Below are positions 62,341 through 64,000 of a stretch of 64,000 bases of DNA, piece after piece. Position 1 is the first letter of the stretch; every line of letters begins with the position of its first letter. Source of the stretch: the human T2T-CHM13v2.0 reference genome, Homo sapiens; NCBI RefSeq assembly GCF_009914755.1, contig NC_060925.1. One strand, written 5' to 3'. The translations under genes were made by a program, and so were the position numbers. Under the pieces are notes generated by a model, which was not told the origin of the DNA, did not search any database, and saw only the letters and a list, made by a program, of their open reading frames with translations.

Positions 62341-62844
62341 CATCCACCCATTGGCCTGTGCCCTACACTTGAGGATCTTACACACTGAGTCTGTTTCCTT
62401 GACATGATGACCCCTCTGTTGTAAGAAGACAGCCACCATGGCACGGGGGCCAGCTTCGTTTCTCCAGGCATTTTTCCTCCCAGCCAGGGCAGAGTAGAAT
62501 GGGTTGGGTGGTTGGGAGCACAGGGCTTCTTGCCTTGATCCTCCCAGCTTAACCAACCTTAGAGCTCTCGTCCCCTACTGGGAGCTCTTTGTGAGGGTGG
62601 AGGAAGAGCTGCTGGAGCCTGTACCTTCTCTTGCACGTCCTAAGGAAGAATGTTCCCCGGGCTGAGCTGTGTGTTCCTGGCTCTCTTGATGTTTGTTTAA
62701 GAGGACATAGCAGGAACTCAAAGCCATCAGGCAGCCCCTCTGGAAGCAGGCAGGAAGAGGGGCAGGTGGAAATGACTGCGGAGTGCTATCAGGGTGGATG
62801 TGGCTAGCCCAGTAGCCTGGGCCAGGCCAGGCAGGTGGAAATGA

Positions 62845-63188
<344 letters not shown>

Positions 63189-64000
63189 TCATTCACCTTT
63201 TCTGTAGCCTGCCCTGCATCCCCACCCCAGTGCCATCAGGTCAAAAGGGACCCAAAGGCATGCAGTGGCAAGTTCACATATTCCTTTTGGGGTCCATGAG
63301 TGGCGTCCAAAGCCAAATAAACAGTATACTCACCTCTTGGCAAGAGGGTCCTGAGAACATGGGCACTCAGCCGAGAGATTACAAAAAAGAGGAGGGCAAA
63401 GATGGAACAATACATTAACTGCCGACCATTGGAAAAAGGAGGTTGAATTTCTCTGCCTGGGAATTTGTAACCTGAATCAGCAGCCTATCTTCTAGGCCAG
63501 GGCAGCCTGGGTTGGGGGGTGGGATGGGGGTGTGGGGTGGGGAGGTTCCGGTTTTTTTTACCCTGCTTCCCCAGAATTAGCTTTCTGCAGGTGTACATAC
63601 AGAGAAGATGCGAATTTCGAAGATGTATAGCTTTCTCCAGAGATCAGGAGCAGGGAAGATTTCCTGGGCACTGGAGTTATCCTGAGTTAATTTTCATGAA
63701 TGCCGAAAGCTGAAAACGCTTTGGTTCTGCCCATGGTCTTTGCTGAAATCCATGCTGTCTGTTCACCAAAGAAGGACCAGAGAGCTGCTGTCCTCTTGTC
63801 TGGCTTCCTGGGTTTGGGCTTCATTGTCCCAGGCATGAGGATGAGAGAATAACTAGAACCCGGCATTGGTCTTTTGTTGGATTTCTGGGATATCTGCAGC
63901 TATGGGCCGTCTACCGCTGGAGGTGGGGTGACCTCATGGCTTGGTTGGTGGTCAGCCTACAATTCCAGAGAGACGTGGCAATGAGCCCACTATACAGGGC

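Overview
Primate (most likely human) genomic DNA, rich in Alu, MIR, L2 and MER repeats and almost entirely intronic. The one supportable coding feature lies in a CpG island at about 45.9-47.0 kb. It is a first exon whose ATG at 46338 encodes 69 aa (MRAADSGSWERVRQLAAQ...DGDCSQP) and ends in a phase-1 donor (G|GTAGGT, 46545/46546). I recognise this from memory as the unique N-terminus of kazrin isoform B, which places the window in KAZN (1p36). A second, TATA-type promoter and probable non-coding alternative first exon sits at about 51.3-52.0 kb. About 43 Alu/FLAM/FAM copies, several MER5, MER20, MER30, MER58, Charlie and Tigger DNA-transposon relics, MLT1 LTRs and L1 3' ends account for most other ORF-track entries, which I reject as genes. 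I found no convincing new gene or biological system. The most unusual signals are: (1) serial retrotransposon insertions stacked at one target site, twice at the homologous position of MER5 elements; (2) several local templated copies and fold-back palindromes that look like template-switch repair scars; (3) translational features of the two KAZN first exons, namely an in-frame uORF and an 85-codon AUG-less frame in phase with the next exon. Repeat subfamily names come from recalled consensus sequences, and many repeat boundaries are approximate.
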